From NCBI RefSeq assembly GCF_009914755.1, contig NC_060927.1: a stretch of 64,000 nucleotides of DNA; one strand, given 5' to 3'. The notes under the pieces are model-generated. The model did not search any database, had not been told where the DNA came from, and saw nothing but the letters and a program-made list of their open reading frames with translations. The DNA comes from the human T2T-CHM13v2.0 reference genome, Homo sapiens. Positions within the stretch are counted from its first letter, which is position 1. Each line of letters starts with the position of its first letter. The translations under genes and the position numbers were made by a program. Below, in pieces: positions 20,958-34,200 of this stretch.

Positions 20958-21252
20958 GGGCTGGGCACAGTGGCTCACTCCTGTAATACCAGCACTTTGG
21001 GAGGCCGAGGCAGGCAGATCACCTCCGGTTGGGAGTTTGAGACCACCCTGACCAACATGGAGAAACCCCCTCTCTACTAAAAATACAAAATTAGCTGGGT
21101 GTGGTGGCGCATGCCTGTAATCCCAGCTACTCGGGAGGCTGAGGCTGACGAATCGCTTGAACCCAGGAGGCAGAGGTTGCGGTGAGCCAGAGATCACGCC
21201 ATTGTATTCCAGCCTGGGCAACAAGAGCGAACCTCCATCTCAAAAAAAAAAA
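20958..21252 (+). mobile_element. AluSp-like
   Basis: GGGAGTTTGAGACCA.CCTGACCAACATGGAGAAACC; TSD AGAAAAAGTAGTTACTTGA. Confidence 0.93.
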
Positions 21253-22726
21253 GCAAAGAAAAAGTAGTTACTTGATAAGCCTCATGACTGAAATACAACT
21301 ATTCAGTAATACATCTCCTACAGAGAGAAAAATGGTGGTTAAAAGAATAGATTTGTTCTACCAATTATTTGTTGTGTTGTCATTGTAGAGATTATTAAAC
21401 ATCTGTGCTTCAGTTATCTTATCTATGAAAAGAAAGACAATAATTGTACCTACCTCAAAGGTTAGTTATGAGGATTAAGCATGTTAATGCATGGAAAGCA
21501 CTTAGTACATTGCATGCAGAAGTAAACACTCAGAAAAGATGAATGTTATTGTTATTCTAATTAAAACAGCCAACTTGTAGGTATTCGTGAGGTCTCAGTA
21601 GAATTGAATTTTACTTCACAATGTTATTATAAAAACTATTTGTGTATGACAACCATCCCAGGCTATTTACAATATAAAATGAATTAAACTATGCGGCTAG
21701 GAGCTAATAATTTAATCTTGAGGACAATATAATTGGATATCAAGATCAAACAAACACCTGAATATAAATAAGCATTAGATTTTAAAAACTGAGTAAGCAG
21801 AGGAGTAAATGCTTCATGCAGCTAAATCAACAAATTGGCAAACATTCATGTTGAATAAAACCTGGGGAAGTTTTCTTTCTCTGTTATTATCAAGAAGGCT
21901 GTATATAACACATGAGACTGCAGGCTCTACTTACAGACTAATCTTGATTTTTTTCCCAGTGAAGACATTCAAATACAGAATGCAGTCTATGTTCTAAGAG
22001 TAGGAGGGACATATGTAGCATACTCTATGTCCAGTAACCCAGAGATGGTCCCTAGCACCATGAAGATGCACAGCAGGAACTTAAGATATAAAGGAACAGA
22101 AAAACACCTGGTCAGAGGCCATGTCTAAATTAATAAAGGTAGATGGTTTATTACATTTCTCATTGTAAATAGCAAGAGAAATAGGAGAAAAATAAAAATA
22201 AAACCCAACGCCATTGGTTGCCTTTGTTTTTCTATTTTCTTTGTTGTCTATAAATACAACTAGCAGAAGATTAATTACAGTTCTAAATTTAACATTAAAA
22301 AGATTTCTGGAAAGCTGCAATATAAGTTATGTGACAGATAAATTTTGTCATATAATTCTAGAATATAACCCAAAATTTTTATTTTTTTCTTGGCATTAGG
22401 TACCATTTTATTGAGCTTAATTTAAATGCTACAACTTGATGCTTAGGGAAATCCATTGAATTATCAACCAATTCACCTTCTAATTTTAAGCTTGTCAATT
22501 TTGCTACATAATTAACTTTTATTATGGAAACCCACATAACTCTTTCTGACACTTTCTCCTGTTTAAAATTGTATTCAAAAGGTAATTTCAGAATAATCTC
22601 TGGAAGATCTCTTATGCCAAAATTGTTTATCAGGCAAATTAAAATGGAAAGCTATTTTTGCTCATATTATGAAAACTGTCAGCACTTTTAAATGAATTCC
22701 CATAACACTAAATAAACACCATTGCA

Positions 22727-23038
22727 GGCCGGGCATGGTGGCTCACACCTGTAATCCCAGCACGTTGGGAGGCCGTGGTGAGCAGATCACCAGAGGCCAG
22801 GAGTTCTGAACCACCCTGGCCAACATGGTGAAACTCCGTCTCTACTAAAAATATAGAAAATTAGCCGGGTGTGGTGACACGTGCCTGTAATTCCAGCTAC
22901 TTGGGAGGCTGAGGCACAAGAATTGCTTGAACCTGGGAGGCAGAAGTTTCAGTGAGCCAAGATCATGCCACTGTACTCCAGCCTGGGGTACAGAGTGAGA
23001 CTCTGTCTCAAAAAAATAAAATAAAAATAAAATAAAAT
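22727..23038 (+). mobile_element. AluS
   Basis: TSD AAATAAACACCATT at ~22710 and ~23047. Confidence 0.93.
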
Positions 23039-23509
23039 AGATAAACAAATAAACACCATTCCAAAGGAATTAACCCATTAAGAAATTATTCAGTTTTTTA
23101 AATTTAATATTTAGTGCAAATTTTATGATAAGGGAATAGGGGAGATATTGGAAGTAAAGTAGAAATTAATTAATTTACCATGTTACTAATACATCTTGTT
23201 GGTTTTGAAGTAAGCATTTTACCTGTAATCATTGACCTTCTACAAATGTTTCAAGGGAAAATAGCTAAAGACTGTGAGGTTCACTGATACTAAAAACATA
23301 TATCAAGAATTTTAATGGCAGTCCTGATGGTGCCTAAGCACACCATTACATCATAGGTCCTGTGATCCAATACTGATTTTAGGAAATATGGTCATAGCAT
23401 AACTTTCATATCAACTGAAAAGAATAGAAACAATATGAGAGAAGGGGAGTTAAAAGACCCAGAACACAAAGTCCAAGAGCTGGATGAAGATAGCAATAAA
23501 AATACGGAA

Positions 23510-23712
23510 ATATATATATATATATAATATATGTATTTTATATATATATAAAAATGTATGTATTATATATATATTTTATATATATAAAATATATGTATTA
23601 TATATATGTATTTTATATATGTATTTTATATATATAAAATATATGTATTATATATGTATTATATATATATAAAATATATGTATTATATGTATATATGTAT
23701 TTTATATATATA
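23510..23712. repeat. (TA)n-derived compound minisatellite (ATATATGTATT(T)TATATATA units)
   Basis: Directly visible ~200-bp tract of A/T with periodic G. Confidence 0.95.
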
Positions 23713-23894
23713 TGCCAGTGTAAAATAATTTAAGAAACTCCAAGAAATAAGAATGTAAAAATGAGAGACACTGAAAAAATTGTATAGCATGAAATTCAGA
23801 GGACAAAAGTCAAGAGAGAGAAACTCATAGATGTGGCAGCATTGAAAAAAAATTAGACAGATGAGAAACAGCCTGTTGATTATGCCCAGAAACC

Positions 23895-24070
23895 TAACTC
23901 CCTGGACCAACAGCATCAGTATCACCCGGGAACTTGCTAGGAATGTAGATTTTAGAGCCCCAAGCTCACCAGACTTGCTGAGTCACCAGCTCGAGAGGGT
24001 GGGACACAGCAATCTGCTTTAACAAGCCATCCAAGTGATTCTGAGGCACTCCAAATTCAAGAACCACTTT
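23895..24070. mobile_element. MER5A hAT MITE
   Basis: GGACCAACAGCATCAGTATCACCCGGGAACTTGCTAGGAATG...TTTAACAAGCC.TCCA.GTGATTCTGA...GAACCACT. Confidence 0.8.
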
Positions 24071-24371
24071 TTTAGAGTTTCTAAGACTTTAGCCTCCATT
24101 CTTTACCAGGAGTTGCCTTAGTTGCCCTTTATAACTGGCTAAATGTTGACATAAAAAAAAAAAACAGAAAGGCAACTACTTCTCAAATACACAATAGACA
24201 ATCACTCTTTTTCAGGTATTCAAATACCAGAAAGGTATTCAAATTTCTTCTGCCACTCAATTTGCTTAACAGCACTTGCCTTCAGTGAATGTCTGAAGAG
24301 AAAAATTAAATTTAGTACTGTTAACCCAAGCAGTTACTAAAAATTAAATTTAGTACTGGTACCCAAAGTAG

Positions 24372-24790
<419 letters not shown>

Positions 24791-25590
24791 TAAAAATTAA
24801 GTATTTTAAAGTATTAATTTATCAGTTCCAACAAATAAAACAGAACTACGTTAACATTAATTTAAGGAATATGAAAATATAGTAATAGCTCTACCTAAGA
24901 ATATCAGGTCTCCATATTGTCCTTTCCTAAAATATTAGTAACTACTAAAAAGTTATTAGAGAGAAGAGGATTGATTTAAAAAAATGCTATTTATCAAAGA
25001 TATTAATTCTATTTTATTATACTCCAAATGTTCTTAATTGACTTGTAATTAATATAATGGACTAAAGCAAAACTTATAAGCCATGAATGGAGAGTCCTTT
25101 TTCAGAAGCAAGGTAACCCGGTCATTACAATGGTGACTTATACAGAAGAATAATTTCCATTTCAGAGTGAGTGCCATTAGGGGCTGTCCTTACTAGTAAG
25201 TTTCTTTGGTAACGGACTTGTTTGATCATAGCTGTCATTATTATAATGGGCAGTGTTGTACGATTATTTGATTCCAACTAATCTTATTCTATCTTTTTAA
25301 ACCAAATTAACTACTTATATCCACAAAGACAAGTAAGCACTCTGACATTTTCCTAATTTCATACAATGATCATGGAATGCTAAGGATATACTAATTTTTT
25401 TTGCTATTTCTCTTTATATAACCTCCATAGCTTGACATAAAATATACTAAAAGTTCCTTTAGTCTCCATAAGCCTAATGATAATGTTCTCAATGTAACTT
25501 TCAATTAAGTACAGAATTATTATTTTGAATAGTTTTTAATATAATATTTTCTTATATTGCATCATACAGTGCACAAATGGTGTGTGCTTT

Positions 25591-26219
25591 TGTTCCCAGA
25601 CCAAACCGAGGGTCAGGCTGCTATTTTTCGCAGCCCAATAACGAGATGCAGATGAACTGGGGAGAAAGAGAGTTTTTATTTCTGTAACCAGTTACAGGGA
25701 GAAGGCCTGGAAATTACAAAGTTTTCCAGAGCTTAAATACCTTCTAAGCTATATGTCTTCATGTAAGTGTGCATTCATCTAAAGACAAAGAAGATTAACT
25801 TCTTTTAATTTATAACTGAGGTCTGAGTCCTGAAGGCCTTCTTCCGGAGCCTCAGTAAGTTTACTTAATCTAAATGAGTCTAGGTGCTGGGGTGATTACC
25901 CTTTTCTTGTCTCCTGCTAAATCGTAAAGGTTTGGGGAGTTCCTTTAGACCCCAATAAACTTGTTCGTGGAGTTTCTTCAGACCCCCAATAAAACTTGTT
26001 CATCCTAAATGGATCCTGTTAAGAATTCCTTTGTTATTTTGTCATGCTTCAAGCCTAGGAAAAGCCTAAGCAAAACTCTTGGTGGGCTCTTTGTTACATT
26101 CCAGCCTTTGAATAAGGGCACTGGCTCTATCAGCTTTGAATATATAACTCAACTAGTCAGTCAGTAGTACTGAAACAGTTGTTACGGAGGCCTGCGTTAT
26201 TGAGATCGGGCCTGCCACA
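25591..26219 (-). mobile_element. ERV1-class solo LTR (MER4-group-like; subfamily not assigned)
   Basis: TG...CA termini; 4-bp TSD CTTT at 25587-25590 and 26220-26223; minus-strand AATAAA (TTTATT ~25675). Confidence 0.8.
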
Positions 26220-26514
26220 CTTTTAAACTTTTTCTGACATGGACAAAGAGAAAAACCAATTCTATAATGGCAGAGATTTCACTGAGTAACAAGCTAGAGT
26301 ATTCATTAAAAATTGTTGTATTTAACCTATATTTTAAGAAATGTTTTGGAAGTTACTGGCTTTTTTTACTGTTCTCATTAAATTTCTTAAATAAAAAGGA
26401 AAACTAAAACCTTCAATCTGAACCTCATTTTTTTAATCTATAGAATATTCTGGGTAAACATAACATACACTTTTTAAAAATTATTCTGAAAGGAAGAGAA
26501 AAGTTCTTGAAGCC

Positions 26515-26550
26515 TTCTCTGAACTGTTTTTTCTCTTCCCTTGTTACAGG
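26515..26550 (+). promoter_or_regulatory. HTR1F: Splice acceptor of the HTR1F coding exon
   Basis: Polypyrimidine tract TTTTTTCTCTTCCCTTGTTACAG|G; AG at 26548-26549, 42 nt before the ATG. Confidence 0.85.
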
Positions 26551-26591
26551 TATCCATTTTTCAGCTATATTAATCTTTTAAAACAAAGAAA

Positions 26592-27692
26592 ATGGATTTC
26601 TTAAATTCATCTGATCAAAACTTGACCTCAGAGGAACTGTTAAACAGAATGCCATCCAAAATTCTGGTGTCCCTCACTCTGTCTGGGCTGGCACTGATGA
26701 CAACAACTATCAACTCCCTTGTGATCGCTGCAATTATTGTGACCCGGAAGCTGCACCATCCAGCCAATTATTTAATTTGTTCCCTTGCAGTCACAGATTT
26801 TCTTGTGGCTGTCCTGGTGATGCCCTTCAGCATTGTGTATATTGTGAGAGAGAGCTGGATTATGGGGCAAGTGGTCTGTGACATTTGGCTGAGTGTTGAC
26901 ATTACCTGCTGCACGTGCTCCATCTTGCATCTCTCAGCTATAGCTTTGGATCGGTATCGAGCAATCACAGATGCTGTTGAGTATGCCAGGAAAAGGACTC
27001 CAAAGCATGCTGGCATTATGATTACAATAGTTTGGATTATATCTGTTTTTATCTCTATGCCTCCTCTATTCTGGAGGCACCAAGGAACTAGCAGAGATGA
27101 TGAATGCATCATCAAGCACGACCACATTGTTTCCACCATTTACTCAACATTTGGAGCTTTCTACATCCCACTGGCATTGATTTTGATCCTTTACTACAAA
27201 ATATATAGAGCAGCAAAGACATTATACCACAAGAGACAAGCAAGTAGGATTGCAAAGGAGGAGGTGAATGGCCAAGTCCTTTTGGAGAGTGGTGAGAAAA
27301 GCACTAAATCAGTTTCCACATCCTATGTACTAGAAAAGTCTTTATCTGACCCATCAACAGACTTTGATAAAATTCATAGCACAGTGAGAAGTCTCAGGTC
27401 TGAATTCAAGCATGAGAAATCTTGGAGAAGGCAAAAGATCTCAGGTACAAGAGAACGGAAAGCAGCCACTACCCTGGGATTAATCTTGGGTGCATTTGTA
27501 ATATGTTGGCTTCCTTTTTTTGTAAAAGAATTAGTTGTTAATGTCTGTGACAAATGTAAAATTTCTGAAGAAATGTCCAATTTTTTGGCATGGCTTGGGT
27601 ATCTCAATTCCCTTATAAATCCACTGATTTACACAATCTTTAATGAAGACTTCAAGAAAGCATTCCAAAAGCTTGTGCGATGTCGATGTTAG
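26592..27692 (+). CDS. HTR1F: 5-hydroxytryptamine (serotonin) receptor 1F, class A 7TM GPCR, 366 aa, intronless ORF
   Basis: Seven hydrophobic segments; LAxxD (TM2), D3.32 in SVDITCC, DRY, CWLPFF, NPLIY; N-terminus MDFLNSSDQNLTSEELLNRMPSK recognised as 5-HT1F; Kozak context AAAATGG. Confidence 0.99.
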   Translation: MDFLNSSDQNLTSEELLNRMPSKILVSLTLSGLALMTTTINSLVIAAIIVTRKLHHPANYLICSLAVTDFLVAVLVMPFSIVYIVRESWIMGQVVCDIWLSVDITCCTCSILHLSAIALDRYRAITDAVEYARKRTPKHAGIMITIVWIISVFISMPPLFWRHQGTSRDDECIIKHDHIVSTIYSTFGAFYIPLALILILYYKIYRAAKTLYHKRQASRIAKEEVNGQVLLESGEKSTKSVSTSYVLEKSLSDPSTDFDKIHSTVRSLRSEFKHEKSWRRQKISGTRERKAATTLGLILGAFVICWLPFFVKELVVNVCDKCKISEEMSNFLAWLGYLNSLINPLIYTIFNEDFKKAFQKLVRCRC

Positions 27693-29250
27693 TTTTAAAA
27701 ATGTTTATTATTGAAGGATGGGGGTTTTTGAGGGGAGGAATAACTAGATGAATGCCAAATAATAAAACACTTAAGCTTTTAGAGGGAAATACATGAAAAC
27801 TGCTAAATTGATAAGGCTATAATTTATATTTTAATAGCAATGTGAATATAAAAGTTATTGATCACCACTATTCTAGGGTATTCAAAATTAGAAAATAATT
27901 TATGTAGGTTATAAACAATATTTTGCCTATGCAATGTTCCTAAAAAGCTAACTGGAAAAAATATATATATATACAATAGTAATGACAGTGATTTTCCATG
28001 TTTACATCTTACAATAATTATAGAGGAGTTTTCAATTAACAACATACCTCCCTCCATAATTTCTATCTAGTCCTACTGTTTTATAATATAATTCTATTAT
28101 TTTGTATAAGAAAATATAATTCACCACAAAGTACACATTTCTCCTGTCTCCATTCTTGTCCCTTCTCCATCTTACCCTGAGCAAAAGGGAGGGGGAAGGA
28201 GCAACTCTTACTTAGTGTGACTGCAGAAAATGTAAAAAAGTCAGAGCTTGAAATTGTCCTTGTGTTTAGGTAGCAAAGAGTAATCATAAAGTGGGTTAGG
28301 TACAGCAAAATAATTCAATACTGAACTTGTGCATATTTAATATATTATGTTTGATATAAACTTCTAGAATAATATTATCTTATCCTTATATTATCAGCAT
28401 TTGAAATCAAAGCCTTACCTTAGTAACAATAACTCAACAAAGGGGCATGGGTGACGTTGTTATAATTGCTCTCTGTTTACTTAGGAATCAAATTTAAAGC
28501 ACTAAATATCATAGATTACTCACCACAGTTATACTCTTAACATCTTTTTAAAAGTATAAAATGTATTTCATTTCTGTTAATAAGCTCAGTTATTAACTAA
28601 ATTGTCTGTGGTATTTTGCACTTCAGTATTTTCCATACCTTTGATTTCAACATTATTTCCCGTTTACTAGACAGAATATAATGGAAATTTTTAGAACTTT
28701 CCCTTTACTTTAAAATATTTCTACTTTTCCAATTGGTAGAAATGAACAGGAAAAAAGACTCATATTACACTAATTAATAAATGTACACACATATATATTT
28801 TTGTAATTAGTCACTCTACTAGTTCAGTGAGCCAAAGCAATTCCATAAGTTTTTCTTCCATATTTATAAAAGGATTTGAAAACAATAGAACCATGAGTTT
28901 GAGAGGATTTTATTTTATTTGAACCAGCAAGGTCATAGACTACCTTTGGGAAGACCTATCATCAACCAAGATCGTTTGAAAAACAATATATACCTTTTTT
29001 TAAGTTGTACATTTATGTGCATTGTAAATATTCCTTCCTGATGGTGTGGTTAAGAGTACATTACATCAATTTTATGTATATATAGATCTGTGACAAATTA
29101 CTCTCAATCTAACAAACATTTACAGAGTTCCCATTTTATACAAGGCATTGAGACATATACTAGATAGAAGATATACGAAATAATAAAATACAGTTTTTTT
29201 TCCTGAATATGTTTACAGTCTAAAAGGAGAAACAAGAAAAAATAAAACTA
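27693..29250 (+). other. HTR1F: Probable HTR1F 3'UTR (end uncertain)
   Basis: Largely repeat-free AU-rich sequence after the stop; AATAAA at ~27761, ~28776, ~29182, ~29242. Confidence 0.55.
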
Positions 29251-30645
29251 TAATAGAAAAGAGCAAACTAAAATCTGGCATGGAAGTTGTTTACACAGTT
29301 ATGATGGTGCAGAGGAAAAACTGATCGCATCTTGTTTAGAAAAATCAGAAATATTTCACAAAGAATGTATCTAGAACACATGTCAAATACACAGCACTGG
29401 GGCAAGAAAAATGGAAGAGCACACTCCAGGTTGTGACAACATCAGGATACAAACTGCACCATGCAAGTATTTGGTGGGGCATGTTCATAAATAGCAATGA
29501 GTTTGGCAACTATTTAGAGCAATAGAGGAAAAGGATATTAAAAGAAAAATTGGGCATTTTTGTGGCTGACTTTGAACGTCAGAAAAAAGTCTACAGTCAA
29601 TTTTATTGCTGACGATGGGTAATCACTGATACTTTTAGCAAAAATATTACAAGTTTAGAGCAAATCTAAACAAAAAAGAAAGAAAAAAATGGATCTGTCT
29701 CAATGCCATCAGAGAGAAAGCAGCGTTATTATTGAGATGATGACTTCCCGTTAGAAAGCAAATCAGTAATCCAGGCAAGAGGTGATGAAGTCCTGAACTT
29801 GATTCTAGCAATGGGAATAAAAAGAAAGAAACAGATGAAAGATGGTACGAAGAAGTACAATCCTCAGGTTATAATAAATTATTTAATAAGCAAGCAGTGG
29901 GAGAGACATGAGTCTATGAGATAACATCCTTAACCAAAATGAAGAACCCAACAGAAAGGGCCTATTGGTGAAACGGTTACTTCTTTTTTGGGTATGTTAA
30001 ACACATAAAGATATGTCAGAGCTCATAGATACTAATGACCATGTCTTGCTCAAGCCACACTGACAAGTAGATGAGGTTTCTCTCTGACCTCAAAACTGAC
30101 AGGTAAACGAGTGTCCCAGCCATCTCTTTTGTCCTCACTTCACTTGACCGCCCAAGGGCCCTTATGCTGAGTTGACAGGCCAAAGCTGGCCATAGTCCCT
30201 GTCATTCTGTTTACTTCTCTTTCCCTTCTCTTCTCACTTACCAAAATTTAATTCTGTGATTTCTTCATTCAATGACTTTGCTCTAAAGTTAAAATTATCT
30301 GTTGAGTTAATTTATTTATACTTATCTCAGAAATTTATATATTTGTATTGGGAAACTAAGAGACACAACCATTGAACAACCCAAGGAGAGTGAGGCTCAC
30401 CCAGATACAGACACTGCCCTCTGATCTGAGTTGGACTGAGACCCAAATCTAGGAAAATAACGCTGTAAGTGACAAAGTCATAGATCCCTTCAGAGCTCAG
30501 AGGAGAATCAAGTTTATCATTACTGTGTATGATCCAAAGAACCACAACAAATTCCAATTATTATCACTTCATCTATGTGTTTCCCCTACATGCTGAGGGT
30601 ACAGAGCATGCCTTCCTTCCTGAAAAAATATGAATATGAATATTT

Positions 30646-31245
<600 letters not shown>

Positions 31246-34200
31246 CTCTCTTTAATATCTTTAAAGTGGTAGGGTCAGATAGGTTATGTAGAGATTAATC
31301 ATCTACAATTTGTGCTTTCTTTGAAATTTATGAAGGACAGATTACAATTAACATGATATATTTCTCTGAATACATAGGATTTCAATGAGATTTTTCTCTC
31401 ATTGAAAAATCCTCCAAGTTACTAATAGCTAAGCATTTTTACAGAAATATATATATATATATTTGGCACATATAACAAATGTAGCAATATAAGGATTTAT
31501 GTATTTAACCGATAAGGTAGAAAAAGAAAATATAAATATCATAGAAATAGTTAAATACCAGATAAGGAGGAGTTACCTCCTGCTAGGATTTCAAACATAC
31601 TGGCACTAGAAAATTAAATGAAAATTTTATTTTTGCTCCACTCCTCTAAAACTTATCAAGTGATGAAAGGCATGGAAAAAAGACCAAAGAAAAATAGAAA
31701 GTCACACTACTAAAAACTAAATTCACTCCAATACTCTACCAATAGACATACCTATGTAAAAATTATGCTTGAAAATTCACTTCTGCTTGTGAAACATGGT
31801 CTTAATTGTAGAACTGGTTTAAGTATATGGATTGTCTGGGTTAACTGAATTTTTTTGATTTTGGTTTTGTTCTGTTTTACAATAAACCCACAGGGTCAAA
31901 TCTACAGCACAGTTTATCCAAGTCCTGGCAGTCGATGGGTCCATCCTTAAGTAGGGCCAATTTCCATTTTGAATCTCCAAAACCAGTTTCCTTTCCCTTT
32001 TGTAGTAATTTTGATTCCCCACCCACCCATCCCCAGCTTGCCCTAAGTGGTATGTCCCTTGTTTATATCAGTTATGTCAGTTCCAAATTTTAAAATTCCC
32101 TTAGCACAGCATAATCCCCATATTCACAGGCTCAAAGTTAAGCTTTTCCCTCTGTACCCAGAGAGTCCTGTGTCAAAACTAAATGGAGAATTAATTGGAA
32201 GCCAATTACTAGGCAATGCATTGATTTGCTGCACCAAATAGCATGAAAGTCGAGATTATCATAAGCTTATTGCTGAAATGCATTCCTCTATTTCAAGGAA
32301 GAAGCCATTTTCTCATGACTTTATACCAGACTATTTTTAACTCATAGGTCAAAGAATTAGGTTTACTGCTTTACAGTACAAAGGAAGCAAGAAAAATATT
32401 TCCTTAACATATCCTGAAGTCCTTCAAAAGTAATCCTGCTCAATTCAAAATGTGTCCATATTAATTTGTTTCAGAAAATGTGTTTCTAGACTCTAATAAC
32501 TAGATAACTAAAATGATTATATTCAGACCTTTATTTTGCCAAAAATATTTCTAAAAGCAAACTAACATTTTTGTCATGAATAAAGTAAATATTTTCTTAT
32601 GATATTGTGATAATTTTTCTTGTTCTTTTGAATCAATATGCTTTCTCTCATTATTTAAAATGAGGAACTTACTGTTGAGAGAAATATTTTCTAACATTAT
32701 AATAAATACTGAGTTATTCATACAGAATATCTTCTCTGTACAAAATGTGGCATGCTTGAAGTCGATCTGGGAAGAGTAGAATTTTTTCAAAGAATTTACA
32801 CACTCTGGTTAGGGCAGAAACTATAAACATTTTGTTTGAGTAAAAAAGATATTATTTTACCAACAGTAACAACAATAAATCTTGTCAAAGCAATCTTTCA
32901 TCAAAACTTGTTTTTAGTTTCAGTTCCAATTTTTATCGCAGAGTTTCTTCCTCTGCAAGGACACTAAAATTACCTATTGATTTATGTAGACACAGAAAAC
33001 CAAAGCAATGTGCATAAGAATCACCAAAGATGCTTGTTACAAAGACAAATTCCAGATTTGAAATCAGAAAAGGTTGAAGTTAAATCCTGGTTCTTCTGCT
33101 AATCATTAACTTGATGCTAAGCAAATTTCATCTAACCTGCTTTCTTCAGATTAGAGATGAAAGACTACGGAGATAGAGTGAAATAAAGCAAATGCTCTTG
33201 AAAAAATGCTAAAAGACTACAAAATAGAAATTTGCATTATTTATCATTATTTTCCATACTAAGGAGTGAGTCAGAGGGCATTTGACACGCAACCTGGTGT
33301 TCTGCATTGTGGGTTTCCTGTTGCTGAATGTGGAGAAGAGCCAGTAAGTCATCGATGGCCTTCCGCTCCTGGCTCTCCATGGTAGAACAGTAACTCCCAG
33401 TAACCCCAGCCACAGCCACAAATACCACCCTGTGGGTACTCACAGTCTTTCCCTTTGCTCTATACTTCCATCCTTATTACTAAAAGACTGGCATGCTCAA
33501 AGGTTGTTTAGCTTTCTAGAAAAATGTAATGCAATTCTTCTACCCTATTAAATTCATAACTGCAATTATTCCAGAAGTAATTTCTTCTATTGATGTATTC
33601 AGAGACCTTTTTCCATATATTCTAGATAGGGTATTATTTCAATCCTTTAAACAATAAAGGTGAAACTTTCATTTGAAATGAAAATTCTAAGTTGATGAGA
33701 ACAAGACTAGAGGTGTAACTGTAGGGTCTATTAAGTATTAGAAAAAATACTACTAATTTATATGCAAAAATTAATACTTAAGAAACTACTCAATATCAAT
33801 GTCTCCCTGTTGCTTATTTCACTGCATACAGACTCTTGCTGGCTTTTAGGGTCTTCATAACCAAAGTACCACTCTCTGGAAAATCTTACTTCCCACTGTC
33901 CTCCTTGGTCCCAACAAATGCTATCTTCTCCAATCTGGTCCCTCTCTCCACTGTCCTCACTATGTGCCTTCCTCATTCTTGTCTCTATTGCCCTTTAGAC
34001 TTTTTGTTTTCTTCTCCCATGTGAAATGCCCTCTACCTCCTTGATGTTAAGCAACTTATCCTTCAAAGTACAGATTCAATTTCACTTCCTCCTTGAAACT
34101 GAATCCATACTGTGCTTGAAGTCAGTATCCCTCAATATTATTTCCAATAATTCCTTATTTGTTTTAAGTATCTCTAATTTCTTCATGAGTGTTTGGTTTT

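Noticed and set aside
24301-24366. Short tandem duplication (AAAAATTAAATTTAGTACTG x2); similar ones at 18138-18180 and 34860-34882
   Set aside because: Common slippage duplications with no sign of function.
26768-27607. Antisense ORFs of 123 and 77 aa within HTR1F
   Set aside because: Typical shadow ORFs of a coding strand; no recognisable protein features.
31380-31407. 11-bp-arm hairpin TTTCAATGAGA/TCTCATTGAAA
   Set aside because: Isolated and AT-rich; too short for a pre-miRNA, with no supporting context.
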